A DNA stretch of 64,000 bases from assembly GCF_963921235.1 (NCBI RefSeq), contig NC_086097.1, positions 244,778,001-244,842,000 on the forward strand, written 5' to 3'. A program made the translations under genes and the position numbers. Shown here one piece after another: positions 36,615 through 49,214 of the stretch. The DNA comes from Mobula hypostoma (taxonomy: Eukaryota). The notes under the pieces are model-generated. The model was given only the letters and a program-made list of their open reading frames with translations, did not search any database and was not told where the DNA came from. Numbering within the stretch: position 1 is the stretch's first letter; each line of letters opens with the position of its first letter.

Positions 36615-38057
36615 GCCTTAGTAGGAATAGAATGAGGTGGAGGATAAATGTGTGGCTGAGGGATTGGAGCAGGGGGCAGGGATTCAGATTTCTGGATCAT
36701 TGGGACCTCATTTGGGGCAGGTGTGACCTGTACAAAAAGGACAGGTTGTGCTTGAATCCCAAGGGGACCAATATCCTGGCGGGGAGGTTTGCTAAGGCTT
36801 TTAAGGAGAGTTTAAACTAGAATTGCTGGGGAGTGGGAAATGAACTGAAGAGACGGAGGAAGAGGCGGTTGGCTCACAAATAGAGAAAGCTTGTAGACAG
36901 TGTGAGAGGGAGGATAGGCAGGTGATACAGAAGGGACGTGCTCAGACCAATGGTTTGAGATTTTAATGCAAGGAGTATCATGAACGAAGCGGATGAACTC
37001 AATGCGTGGATCAGTACTTGGAACTATGGTGTTGTGGCCATTACAGAGACTTGGATGGGTCAGGGGCAGGAATGGTTACTTTGTGTGCCAGGCTTTAGAT
37101 GTTTCAGAAAGGTCAGGGAGGGAGGCAGAAGAGGTGGGGTCGTGGCACTTTTGATCAGAGGTAGTGTCACGGCTGCAGAAAAGGAGAAAGTCATGAAGGG
37201 ATTGTCTATGGAGTCTCTGTGGGTGGAAGTTAGGAACAGAAAGGGCTCAATAACTCTACTGGGTGTTTATTATAAACCTCCCAATAGTAACAGGGACATC
37301 GAGGAGCAGATAAGGGTTCCCAAATATTGATTGGCATCTCCCTAGAGCAAGGGGTTTAGATGGGGTGGAGTTTGTTAGGTGTGTTCAGGAAGGTTTCTTG
37401 ACACAATATGTATATAAGCCTACAAGAAGAGAGGTTGTACTTGATCTGGTATTGGGAAGTGAACCTGGTCAGGTGTCAGTTCTCTCAGTGGGAGAGCATT
37501 TTGGAGATAGTGGTCACAATTCTATCTCCTTTACCATAGCATTGGAGAAGGATAGGAACAGACAAGTTAGGAAAGCATGTAATTGGAGTAAGGGGAAATA
37601 TGAAGTTATCAGGCTGGAACTTGGAAGCATAAATTGGGAACAGATGTTCTCAGAGAAATGTACGGCAGAAATGTGCGTAGGATGAGAAGTGGCCTGACAG
37701 AGGTGTATAAGATGATGAGAGGCATTGATGATGTGGATAGTCAGAGGCTTTTTCCCAGGACTGAAATGGCTATCACGAGAGGGCACAGTTTTAAGATGCT
37801 TGGAAGCAGGTACAGAGGAGATATCAGGGGTAAGTTTTTTACCCAGAGAGTGCTGAGTGCATGGAATGGGCTACCGACAACGGTGGTGGAGGCAGATACG
37901 ATAGGATCTTTTAAGAGAGTCCTGGATAGGTACATAGAGCTTAGAAAAGTAGAGGGCTTTGGGTAACCATAGGTAATTTCTAAGGTAAGTTCATGTTTGG
38001 TACAGCTTTGTAGGCTGAAGGGCCTGTATTATGCTGTAGGTTTTCTATGTTTCTATG
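36615..38057 (+). mobile_element. CR1 family A copy with large internal deletion: ORF1 end plus endonuclease joined at ~37676 to the 3' end
   Basis: FLDHWD..LYKKDRL ORF1 esterase-like end, VVAITETW, GDSGH; abrupt switch to MRSGLTEVYKMM; ttctatgtttctatg tail. Confidence 0.88.
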
Positions 38058-38510
38058 AGTATAAAGATTCCCCACCATTTATAACAGTGCTAACACTGAT
38101 TTTACATGCTAGTTTTGGACTCTCAGTATGAGTTGTGTTTGTTTTGAACTTGCTCTAAGCATTTGGGATTCTGTCCAAGTTTTAGCAAGACAGCATAGTG
38201 CACAGCTAGTAGAGTTCCTGCCTTTCAATTCCAGTAACATGGGCTCAATACTGACCTCTCCTGTTGTCTATGTGGTGTTTGCACTGGCTTTTCATAAATT
38301 CTAACTTCTTTGAAAGCCTTTTGAAAATCAGGGAAATACAAGTAGGTCAATAATCTGAATGATCTCTGATCTGTTCAAAATTATGTACTAATTTTGACAT
38401 GTTGATTAATTTTCCTCCCCAGCCTCGCAATTTTTCTGTCTAAGATAATAAGTACTGTATTTATGATAGTAAGGTTTCTGTTCTTGCTGAAGTGATCGCT
38501 TGGGTTTCAG

Positions 38511-38603
38511 ATTTTCTCCAATCGAGAACTTGAGGAAACGTTGAACAAAATCCGAGAGATACTGTCTGATGATAAGCACGACTGGGATCAGCGAGCCAAT
38601 GCA
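38511..38603 (+). CDS. CLASP2: CLASP2 exon (93 nt): IFSNRELEETLNKIREILSDDKHDWDQRANA, TOG2 start
   Basis: tttcag/gtaagt boundaries; WDQRANA is CLASP2-type (CLASP1 has WEQRVNA, from recall). Confidence 0.95.
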
Positions 38604-39445
38604 GTAAGTTGTGACTGTGGTTGTGGAGGGCGTTGACACTTTTTTCTCCAACACATAGTGTTGAAAGGCCAAAATGAAATTTGGAGCTTCCTTCTAACAG
38701 GATATATAATGAATTTTGTGATCGTATCCTGTTGCAATAGTCCAGTTTATTTGTGAGATTACTTTTGATTCAGTGTCGATCAATCAGACCTCGGCATGAA
38801 ATTAGAAAGTGGGTGGTGTAGTGAGGGTTTGTTTGATAGATATGCTGGTCCAGCTCAAGCCAACGATTGGTTCTTCGAGATTTCATTAGTTCACTCCAAA
38901 GCAAGAGCAGAAGTTCAATGGAATTATCTAGTCTGCCCTTTTAGGTACATAAACAGAAAAGATTTTTTGTAAAATAGATGCATTAACACCTTGATTGAGT
39001 TATTGTTACTTAATGATGTACAGCCTTGGGTATCCTCAAGTGGGTCAGCAGTATCTTGTAACTACCTGATCTCATCAGGTAAATGTATCTGAAGAAAAAA
39101 AAATTGTACTTGCAAAATGTTTGCAAAATATTGTTTTGACCAAATCCCAGCTCAGTGGAGGGAAGAAGTTGAAGCAGAGCTAGCAGGTGATAGATTAAAA
39201 AAAAGATTAACTTCATTTGTCACACATCAAAACATCAAAGCATACAGCGAGTGTGCTGTTTGTGTCAATGACCAATGCAGTCCGAGGATGTGCTGGGGCA
39301 ACCCTCCAGTGTTGCTGTGCTTCTTTTGCCGACATAGGATGCTCACAATTTACAGTTCTAAACCATAGATCTTTGGAATGCTGAAGGAAACCGACACGGT
39401 CACGGGGAAAATGTACAAACTCGTTTCAGACAATGCTGAAATAGT

Positions 39446-39646
39446 AAACAACAGGAATTCTGCAGATGCTGGAAATTCAAGCAACACACATAAAAGTTGC
39501 TGGTGAACGCAGCAGGCCAGGCAGCATCTCTAGGAAGCAATTCCTTCAGTTAGTCCTGACGAAGGGTCTCGGCCTGAAACGTCGACTGTACCTCTTCCTA
39601 GAGATGCTGCCTGGCCTGCTGCGTTCACCAGCAACTTTTATGTGTG
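39446..39646. mobile_element. Short head-to-head (inverted) PLE pLTR insertion with 13-bp flanking direct repeat
   Basis: ATGCTGAAATAGT at 39433-39445 and 39647-39659; perfect 53-bp arms 39485-39537 and 39594-39646. Confidence 0.88.
39552..39587 (+). ncRNA. Intact minimal hammerhead ribozyme motif, sense to CLASP2
   Basis: AGTC-CTGACGA-AGG(gtctcgg)CCT-GAAAC-GTC-GACT; predicted cleavage after 39583. Confidence 0.85.
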
Positions 39647-39873
39647 ATGCTGAAATAGTGCTGCTCTACCGTGGTGGATCCAGGTGAGGGGGGCAGTTGT
39701 TTGATAAGTAGAAGATGGGAGAGTGGGAATAGAGTCAGAGCTGGGAGGTGATGGGTGGAAGTGACTACGTCTCTGTCAACTGTTCAGCTTGGCTAATTAG
39801 CCCCAAACCCACTAAATCATTAGAGAAATCCCAGCCAGCAAATGATTGAAGACACTTTTCTTTTTCCTTTTAG

Positions 39874-40019
39874 CTCAAGAAGATTCGATCACTACTAATT
39901 GCTGGGGCTGCAGAATATGACTGCTTTTTCCAACATTTAAGATTATTAGAAGGAGCTTTCAAATTATCAGCGAGAGATCTCCGGTCACAGGTTGTCAGGG
40001 AAGCTTGTATTACAGTAGC
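39874..40019 (+). CDS. CLASP2: CLASP2 exon (146 nt): LKKIRSLLIAGAAEYDCFFQHLRLLEGAFKLSARDLRSQVVREACITV(A)
   Basis: polypyrimidine tract + tag acceptor, gtaagt donor; contains the TOG2 DLRSQVVREAC HEAT motif. Confidence 0.96.
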
Positions 40020-40944
40020 GTAAGTATCGTTGGACACATGTTCAATGTACTCTGAAGTATCTCTTAAATTTTTACAGTAGGTATGAGAAACTGAAGTTTT
40101 ATGTATTGGATATCGGCTTCTCTTTTTATTTATTTACTTATTGAGATACAATGTACAATAGACCCTTCTGGCCCTTCAAGTCACGTTGCCCAGCAAATCC
40201 CCGAATTAACCCTAATCTAATCACGGGACAATTTACAATGACCAATTACCCTCCCAACTGGTACATCTTTGAACTGTGGAAGAATAATGGAACACCCAGA
40301 GAAAACCCATGCAGTCGTGGAGAGAACGTACAGTCTCCCTACAGGCAGCAGCAGGAAATGAACCATTTTCCGTCACCCCAAAGAGAAAAGCCCAGCTCGC
40401 TCAACATTTCCTCACAAGATACGCTCTCTCATCCAGGCAGCAACATGGTATATCTCCTCAGCATCCTCTCTAAAGCAACCACATGCTTCCTAAATGAGGG
40501 GATCAGCTGATTTTGTTTTAACTCTGATGCCTTGATTACACTTAACAGTCAATGCCTGAATGTTATCTTCCACTTTGGCACACTGACTCTTTCATTGCCT
40601 GAGGATGTTGACCTGGGGAAATTCCCACTGCGACTTCTTGGCCTGGTTCTCATTAAGCTAACTGATCTTCTTTCAAGTAAAGACAGAAGGTATTGGAAAC
40701 ACCGAGCAAGTCGAGCAGCAATTGTGGAAGGCAAAACGGTTAGTGATTCAGGCCTGGGGCCAGATGAAGAGTCTCCGTTAACTCTCTCTCTCTTTCCAAA
40801 GATGCTGCCTGATTTTATTCAGTGTTTCAGTATTTTCTATTTTTGTTTAATAGTTCCAGCATTTGCAGTGTATTGATCTTGTCTGCACTGATTCAGGAGA
40901 GTTTTCCCCTTCATTCCTGTTGATTATGTTGGAACAACCGATCG

Positions 40945-42100
40945 ACAGATGACACAATAGCCACAACTGTCCTTACACATCTGGAGAGGAAGGATGCTTA
41001 TGTGAGAATGCTGTTCTTGGACTACAGTTCAGCATTCAACACCATAATTCCCTCCAGGCTCGACAAGAAGCTCAGAGACCTCAGGCTTCACCCTGCCTTG
41101 TGTAGCTGGATCCTGGACTTCCTGTCAGGTTGCCGACAGATGATAAGAGTGGGCCCCCTCACCTGTGCCCCTCTGATGCTCAACACAGGTGCCCCTCAGG
41201 GCTGTGTACTAAGCCCCCTCCTTTAGTCTCTGTAGACCCATGACTGTGTCGCCACCCACAGCTCCAATCTGCTGATTAAATTTGCTGACAATACTACACT
41301 GATCGGCCTAATCTCAAATAATAACGAGGCAGCCTACAAAGTCATCACCCTGACACAGTTGGGTCGAGAAAACAACCTCTCCCTCAATGTCGCAAAAACA
41401 AAGGAGCTGGTTGTGGACTACAGGAGGAAAGGAGACAGGCTGGCACCTATTGATATCAATGGATGTGGGGTTGAGAGGGTGAACAGCTTTAAGTTCCTCG
41501 ATATAAACATCACTGAGGATCTCACATGGTCTGTACATGCCAGATGTCTGGTGAAAAAAGCACAACAGTGCCTCTTTCACCTCAGACAGTTGAAGAAGTT
41601 TGGTATGAACCCCCAAATCCCAAGAACTTTCTATAGGGGCACAGTTGAGAGCATCCTAACTAGCTGCATCACTGCCTGGTATGGGAACTGTACTTCCCTC
41701 AATCACAGGACTCTGCAGAGAGTGGTGCAGACAGCTCAGCGCACCTGTAGATGTGAATTTCCCATGATTCAGTACATTTACAGAGCAGGTGTGTAAATGT
41801 GCCCGAAGGATCATTGGGGACCCGAGTCACCCCAACCACAAACTGTTCCAGCTACTACCATCCGGGAAACAGGACTGCGGCATAAAAGCCAGGACCAACA
41901 GGCTCTGGGACAGCTGCTTCCACCAGGCCATCAGGCTGCTTAATTCATGCTGATGCAACTGTATTTCTATGTTGACCATCCTGCTGTACATACTATTTAT
42001 TATGAATTACCTTAAATTGTACATTGCACATTTAGATGAAGATGTAACATGAATATTTTTACTCATGTATATGAAAGATGAAGGTAATGAAGTCAATTCA
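40945..42100 (+). mobile_element. Rex1/Babar-like LINE RT and 3' end
   Basis: [46 protein letters not shown] (ORFs 41002 and 41359). Confidence 0.88.
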
Positions 42101-43917
42101 ATCCAATCTTGATATCTTTTAGTTAGGTGTTTCCTTGATTACATTTCCTTATCTTCTCAAATTCTGCTCGTTTGCTGTTCAAAGATGCCAAATAATCGTG
42201 GCAAACTTATAATGAGCAGGTTAGTGATGTATAAGCATTACAGAATACACTCTTAAAGACTCTTGATCACTTGGGAGATTAGTGAAAGTACACTTATGAA
42301 GTAGTATTTGGCTTGAGAGAACTTGTTCTACTTTTTGACGACAGTAAAATGTAGGCAGTATTCAGGAAAATGACTAAGTTGTAGTAAACCCAAAATAGTT
42401 ACTTAAGAGGCATAAATATGTCTGAAGCACTCGAGCTTGTTTTTATAGTCTTTACTATATTGGCTGAATACCAGCTTCTCCGATCGTGGGGACATGAGGA
42501 TCCAGAATGGACCTAGGGCTGAAAGGTTTAACATATGAGGAGCATTTGATAGCTTTAGGCCTATACTCGCTGGGCAAATGAGTGGGGATCTCACTGAAAC
42601 CTATTTAATATTGAAAGGCCTAAATAGAATGGATATGGGAGGATATTTCACGTTGTGGAGTAGCTAAGGACCAGAGGGTGCAATCTCAGAATAGAGGAAC
42701 ATCCATTTAGTACAGCGATGAGGAGGAATTTCCTTAGCCAGAGGATAGTGAATCTCTAGAATTCATTGCCATAGATAGCTATGGAGGGCAAGTCATTGTG
42801 TATATTCAAAGAAGTGTATGTTCTTGATTAGAGGGTGTCAAAGGTTACGGGGAGAAGGCAGGAGAATGTGGTTGAGAGAGATAATAAATCAGCCATGATG
42901 GAATGTCAGAGCAGACTGGATGGGCTGAATGGCCTAATTCTGATCATATGTCTCATGGTCTTATCTACTTGTCACTTGATTCTGAAGCAGGTTGTAAATA
43001 CTACATGCTACCTTTTTGTATTTCCACTGGCTTTCAGTATGCTTCACCATTATTCATAGTTCAAAGTAATTGTCATTCAACCATACATGAATATCTATGA
43101 CAGAAAGTCTTGATGAAGGGTCTTGGCCCAAAATATTGACTCTTTATTCCTCAACATACATGCTGCCTGAAAAGTTGAGTTCCTCCTGAATTTTGTGTGT
43201 GTTGTATTTTATTTTACTTTGCAAGATGAATTTGTATAATGCCAGAAAATATCAGCTTCTAAAAATGAAGATCTTCAAGTAATTTTGCTTTTCAGTATGT
43301 GTACGGAAATATTTTTAATAGAATTGACGTGTAAAAACTGATATATAATCAGATAAGCAAACTGGAAGTTGTTTTTATCCATTGCTAGGATGTGTTTGTT
43401 GCTGGTAAAGCCAATGTTTCTTGGATCTCTCCAACTGCCCTCGTTTGAGTGGCTTTGCTAGGCATTGCAGAGGGCAGTTAAGAATCAGACACATTGCTGT
43501 GGGTCTGGAGTCACATTAGCCAGACTGGGTAAGGATAGGAACTTGCTTTACTTAAAAGGATTAGTCAGGTTTGTCGTAGTATTTTTATTCCAGTTTTATT
43601 CAGTTAACTGAATATAATTTCTTTACCTACTATGGTGAGTTTTAAACCTTTATCTCTGGATAATTTAATCCAGACTTTTGAATTATTAATCCAATAATGT
43701 AACTGTTTTGTGCCCCTAAAATGTAGACAGTGAATTGCTAATGCCCTAACAAGGATGCATTTTATTTTCAATTAAAAAAAATGATTGATGTGGGGCAAAC
43801 ATAAACTGGGTAACTGATGTGTATATCGGGCCTTTATTTCTGTGGTACAGCTATAAATTTAACAAAACATATGTTGTCTTTGTTTTGTTCAAAGTCCATT
43901 TGTTGGAATTTACACAG

Positions 43918-44053
43918 GCACCTGTCAACAATTCTTGGCAACAAATATGATCATAGTGCTGAAGCCATTGTGCCTACGTTATTTAATCTTGTCCCAAACT
44001 GTGCAAAAGTCATGGCAACGTCTGGAGTAGCGGCAATCCGGTGCATCATCCGT
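43918..44053 (+). CDS. CLASP2: CLASP2 exon (136 nt): HLSTILGNKYDHSAEAIVPTLFNLVPNCAKVMATSGVAAIRCIIR
   Basis: cacag/gtgagt boundaries; seen inside ORF 43817..44095; phase matches neighbours. Confidence 0.95.
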
Positions 44054-44500
44054 GTGAGTAAATCGTGCATAATCTCTTTACACTTGTGTTACTGATGGTT
44101 ACACTGACTTTAATTCAGCTGCATTTTCCCAAAGGCAATTCACAGGAGAATCCTTAACACAAAACTTCAAACCAAAATTTATATGAGGAGAGAAAAAAGC
44201 ATTGGAAAAAAAATGAGTCTTTTTCAAGACTGGGGAAGAGCAAAAGTTAGTTCAAAATTGTAGAGAGAATGGGGACAGATAGATAGCACCAAGGGAATAT
44301 TGCCAGTGGGGTGAAGCAAGAGTTGATGTAGTGATGAACTGATGACTTCTAGTCAATAGTTTCTGGTCTTTGAGAAGTATTTAAATATTTTTTGCTGAGT
44401 TTTAAGAAAGCTAATTTGCATTCAAGTGTGACATTGAGCTTAATTTTATGACTGAAGTATTTGGGAGTGGGTGGTAATTTGGTCATTATTTTTCTCGCAG

Positions 44501-44571
44501 CACACTCATGTTCCAAGGTTGATTCCCTTAATAACCAGCAATTGTACTTCAAAGTCAGTGGCAGTGAGAAG
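44501..44571 (+). CDS. CLASP2: CLASP2 exon (71 nt): HTHVPRLIPLITSNCTSKSVAVR(R)
   Basis: tttctcgcag/gtaagg boundaries; conserved CLASP TOG2 peptide. Confidence 0.95.
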
Positions 44572-44701
44572 GTAAGGCTATTAAATTGGTATTTATTTAG
44601 AGATACAATGTGGAGGAGGTCCTCCCAGCCCAACAATCCGTGCCACCCAACAACCCACCCATTTAACCCCAGCCAAATCATAGGACAATTTAAAATAAAT
44701 A

Positions 44702-45000
44702 GGCATCCGTTATTCTCGTGAGACCATGGATTTGCGCCTTGGAAGGTTTCCAGGGCGCAGGCCTGGGCAAGGTTGTATGGAAGGCCAGCAGTTGCCTATA
44801 CTGTAAGTCTCCCCTCTCCACGCCACCGATGTTGTCCAAGGGAAGGGTATTAGGACCCATACAGCTTGGCACTAGTGTTGTCGCAGAGCAATGTGCGGTT
44901 AAGTGCCTTGCTCAAGGACACACACGCTGCCTCAGCCAAGGCTCAAACTAGCGACCTTCAGATCACTAGACCGACACCTTAACCACTTGGCCACGTGCCA
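44702..45000 (-). mobile_element. tRNA-headed SINE with RTE-like tail, nested in another SINE (~44595-45185)
   Basis: Minus strand TGGCACGTGGCCAAGTGGTTAAGG (A box), AGTTTGAGCC (B box), ccttgagcaaggcacttaacc core; tail similar to 20215-20470. Confidence 0.7.
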
Positions 45001-45314
45001 ACATTGAAAATTATCCTACTAACCGGTGTGTCTTTGGACCATGGGAAGAATCCAGAGCACCTAGAGGAATCCCACACATGTGGGAAGAATGTGCAAACTT
45101 TCTTACAGAAGAAGCCAGAATTGAACTCTCAACTCCAATGTCCTGAGCTGTAATAATATCGCGCTATCCACCGTGCTACAATAGTGTATTTATTTTTTTA
45201 AATATTGTATGTTCTTGTAAATCATGTGGCTGACCAGAGCTAAGGTCATGAAACTCAACTTTTGTAATAACTATTTCCTACAAGATCTCAAAAGCCAACA
45301 ATCAGAAAATTACT

Positions 45315-46180
45315 GCTTCAATGGTTCCATTTAATATCAGAATGTATACAGTATACAACCTGAAATTCTTACTCTTCGCAGACGAAACAGAAGAAAACTC
45401 CAAAGAATGAATGACAGGCATTAGAACCCCAAAGACCCCCTTCCCCTCCCACGCACAATCTGCAGCAAAGCATCAACCCTCCCTCTACTTGTTCCAGCTG
45501 GAAGCATTAGCGCCCACCACCTGCCAGCAACAAATAGCAAAGCCCCCAAAGAGACCATGATCTAGGTCCATCAAAAGCTACAGACCATAACAGAGCACTT
45601 CGACATGCCGCTGGCTGTCTCTGGCTCGGACTCTGTGTGTCTCTGTCTCTTTGTCTCTGTGTGTGTGTGTGTCGAGAGAGAGAGGGGTGTCAACCCTTCC
45701 ACAACGAGAGGGAGACCAACAGCTTGCTGTTTTGCAGTTACAGTCTGAAGTGACACTTATTGGAGCTCACCCAACTTGAGAACCAGCTCCACCCCCACCA
45801 TTGAGAGAGAGAGAGAGCATGATTGTTCGAGTGCAGAGGCCTCCAACAACTGTACCCACTGACTTGATGTTCTGATCTCACACAATGCTTCAGTTAACAA
45901 CACTGGCGAGGAATCAGTCATACACAGGGTCGAGCAGGGCCTGATCCCAAAGGTGCATGTCTTCCAGGCCACTCCTGGAGATATCAATAACAGCCGATCA
46001 GTGAGCTCCGAGAGCAGGAACTCACTGCCATGAAGAACCACAGTTTGAGTGCAGCTGTAGATCATGGACTTTTACAGAATCCCAGCCACCTTGAAAAGGA
46101 TAAAGAGTGACATTAGAGATATAAATTGAAGCTGTTTCATAGATGTGCTCGAAGAAGTCGCCCTCTGGTGCAATCTTAGC
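45315..46180 (-). mobile_element. Non-coding, non-autonomous element sharing the Rex/Babar-like 3' tail
   Basis: Tail gaatttcaggttgtatactgtatacattct matches 12897-12935; 5' end aagattgcaccag resembles caagatggcgc of the related copy at ~11865-12147. Confidence 0.5.
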
Positions 46181-46607
46181 TCCTCTCCAATTTCCAATTT
46201 TAATTAACTTTATCATCAAAATAGTTATAATATCCTAAATCAATATTAGTGCCATGGAAACATAGATTAGTAATGTATAGAAATGAGCCCTTGAGCCCAC
46301 CACATCCATGGCTTTCTTTGTACTCATCCGCAATATTTGTACACAATTACAACCCTATCCCTGTTGCATGGAGGGTTGGGGCTCAGAGGGATTTACGTCA
46401 AATGCAGGAAATTCGGATTAGCTGGGTGAGCACCTGAAAATTTTTGCAGTTGCCTCAACTTGCTGAGGTAGCCATTGGGAACGAATGGGTGAATGCAACC
46501 TGTTAATATTATTTAACCCTGATTCAGACCTCTTGTTTATTTATAGCTCAAAATGTCAAGCGTTTGAGCTTAGCTTGGAAAGACTGACTATTCCATCTTA
46601 TTTACAG

Positions 46608-46667
46608 GCGTTGTTACGAGTTTTTAGATTTGTTGCTGCAGGAATGGCAAACACACTCCCTAGAAAG
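46608..46667 (+). CDS. CLASP2: CLASP2 exon (60 nt): RCYEFLDLLLQEWQTHSLE(R)
   Basis: tttacag/gtaagg boundaries; conserved CLASP peptide; phase 2-2. Confidence 0.95.
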
Positions 46668-47850
46668 GTAAGGGCATAAAAGTTCAAAAGAAGTAGAAGC
46701 TGTTAGCACAAGAAGTTTGGAGAAGAGACATACATCTGATTGGACAGTAATTTGCATCTTACAATATTTAATTATTTGGAAGATTTATTTTCCAAGCTTA
46801 TTGGATTTTTTAAAGTAATTTATTACGGTGCTAAGTTAGAGTTTCAAATGTAAATGTGACAGATGTTCATATTTGTAGTTTATTGGGTCATTTTGTACTA
46901 TCCACAGTTAGATTCTACAGTTGAATGATGCTTGCTTGGGTCTGGTAGGCTGAAATGTCCCCAATTGCTCGTTCATGGCCATAGTAGTAGAAAGCCTCAA
47001 ATGGCATAATGAAGATGCCACAAAGCTTGGACAGGCAGCAAAGCCTGGACCACAGTTCTAATTGCAGTCAAAACTGTGAGAATCTCTGTTCCATCATGGG
47101 TACTAGCCTCCGTAGTATCCAAGACATCTTAAAGGATTGGTGCCTTAAAAATGCAGTGTCTATCATTAAGGACCCCCAGCACCCAGGACATGCCCTCTTC
47201 TCATTGTTACCATCAGGAAGGAGGCACAGTAACCTGAAGGAACATATTCTGTAATTCAGGAACAGCTTCTTCTCCTCTGCCATCCGATTTCTAAATGGAT
47301 ATTGTGCCCATGAACACTATCTCACTATTTTTTAATTTCTATTATTGTACTACTTATTTAATTTAACTATTTAAAACATATACATAAATGGTTGCTGTAA
47401 TTCAGGTTTTTTCTTTATTATCATGTATTGCATTGTATTGCTGCTGCAAAGTTAACAAATTTCATGGCGTATTCTGGTGATATTAAACCAGATTCTGATA
47501 CTGATATTCAGAAAATTTACAACCATTAAAAATAAAGTGAATAATTATTGTAAATTTGAAGTACTAACAGTAAAATTTGCAAAAATATACTTCAAAAATC
47601 AAGAATGACAACATTAAACAAAACCAAAATATTTGAAGCAAAACATGCTGGTCCTTTTGCTTTTTTTCCCCAGCAGTCCTGTGATCTCCATTGAAGTCGA
47701 TCATGTGTTCTGTCTAACTTGACATAGACTCTGAGAACTGACTTCCACATATGATTAGAACTTGGTAGAAGTGCTGGTATCTTCTTTGAAAATGGAGAGG
47801 AAAGGTTTATTTGGTGATGTATAAACATTTAAAACATACAAACAGAAGTA

Positions 47851-48019
47851 ATACACACAAAATGCTGGAGGAACTCAGCAGGCCAGGCAGCATCTAGGAA
47901 AAGAGCCTGAAACGTCCACTGTACTCTTTTCCTAGATGCTACCTGGCCTGCTGAGTTCCTCCAGCATTTTGTGTGTGTTGCTCTGATTTCCAGCATCTGC
48001 AGATTTTCTCTTGTTTGTG
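47851..48019. mobile_element. Second inverted PLE pLTR insertion (related subfamily) with 10-bp flanking direct repeat; loop holds only the 3' half of the hammerhead
   Basis: AACAGAAGTA at 47841-47850 and 48020-48029; ~53-bp arms with one mismatch; loop cctgaaacgtccactgta. Confidence 0.85.
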
Positions 48020-48942
48020 AACAGAAGTACTAATTTGAATTACTTCACATAATGTAGAGTTCAATATCAAAATTAGGTTTATTACCAAAAATCAATTCTC
48101 AAGCTGGTGCAGAAATTCCAACTCTTTCAGCTTTGTAAAGGTATTTACTGTTCCTTTCATTTGTTATTGACTGTTTTGCTGAACAAATAGAGTAGAGAAT
48201 GCAGGCTTAGGCTTAACAACAATTTCGATCATTTGCTTAAAAAAATAAAATTATTGCCAAAGTTGAAAGAATAATGTCCACATTGCAGATAATTCATTTT
48301 GTACTTCAGGTAAGAAAACATTAGCTTACACTGTGATTGGGAAATCTTGCCTGAAAATAAAGGTCACATTATCTGAAAGCTTGAGGAATCAGAATTACAT
48401 TCATTAATACTGTCATATATGAGGTGAAATTTGTTGTTTTGTGGCAGCAGTACAGTGTGAAGTTATAAATTTACTATTAGTTACAAAATCAATGTTACCC
48501 ACAAACGAATAATGAGGTAGTTTCTAGATTTCCAGCATCTGCAGAATCAGTTGTGTTTATTATAATGTAGTGTTCATGGACTGTTCAGAAATCTAATAGT
48601 GGAGGGAAAGAAGCTGTTCCTGAAGAAAGCAAAACGTATCATTTACATTACCAGACAGACAGCTGTTCTCTGCAATGGCCATCCCCCTGTGCCCCCTTTC
48701 CCTCCCCCCCCCGCCCCCCCTCCGTTTTTCTGAATTGTGGCCTCAGCAAATTTGTTAATAACTTGAGTCTGCATATTTCAGGGTAGAATGACACAGTTAC
48801 CACACTCATTTCAGTGTTTCAATGACCATTCAGATCAACACAGATGATAGAATTTGTTCAAAGAATCCTTAATTATTTCTTCCAAATGTTTTAGTTGAGC
48901 AATTATAAAAAGCATGATTACTTTTTATATTATTTTGACTAG

Positions 48943-49020
48943 GCACGTGACTGTTCTGGTTGAGACCATCAAGAAAGGCATTTCAGATGCTGATGCAGAA
49001 GCCAGACAGGAAGCTCGAAA
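48943..49020 (+). CDS. CLASP2: CLASP2 exon (78 nt): HVTVLVETIKKGISDADAEARQEAR(K)
   Basis: gactag/gtaagg boundaries; conserved IKKGIxDADxEAR HEAT motif. Confidence 0.95.
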
Positions 49021-49214
49021 GTAAGGAATCATTTCAGAGCTAAACATATTTTTAAACAAAGTAAATCTACTCTAGATTTGATATAAGATTTTTGTTGAAA
49101 TAAGTAGTTTGTCTATGTTTCTTATACACAGAACATATTTTAAAATGAATTTTTTGCTGAATAAGTATTCGCTGTGGAAGATGTGAGCAGTATGATAGAA
49201 GTTCCAGGTTTCAG

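Noticed and set aside
35250..43142. Additional hammerhead motifs at ~35250 and ~43107
   Set aside because: Core mutated (GAAA lost or CUGA changed to UUGA, cleavage region altered); counted as decayed copies, not functional RNAs.
44930..45000. tRNA gene
   Set aside because: tRNA-like head of a SINE: degenerate B box, no complete cloverleaf, continues into SINE core and tail.
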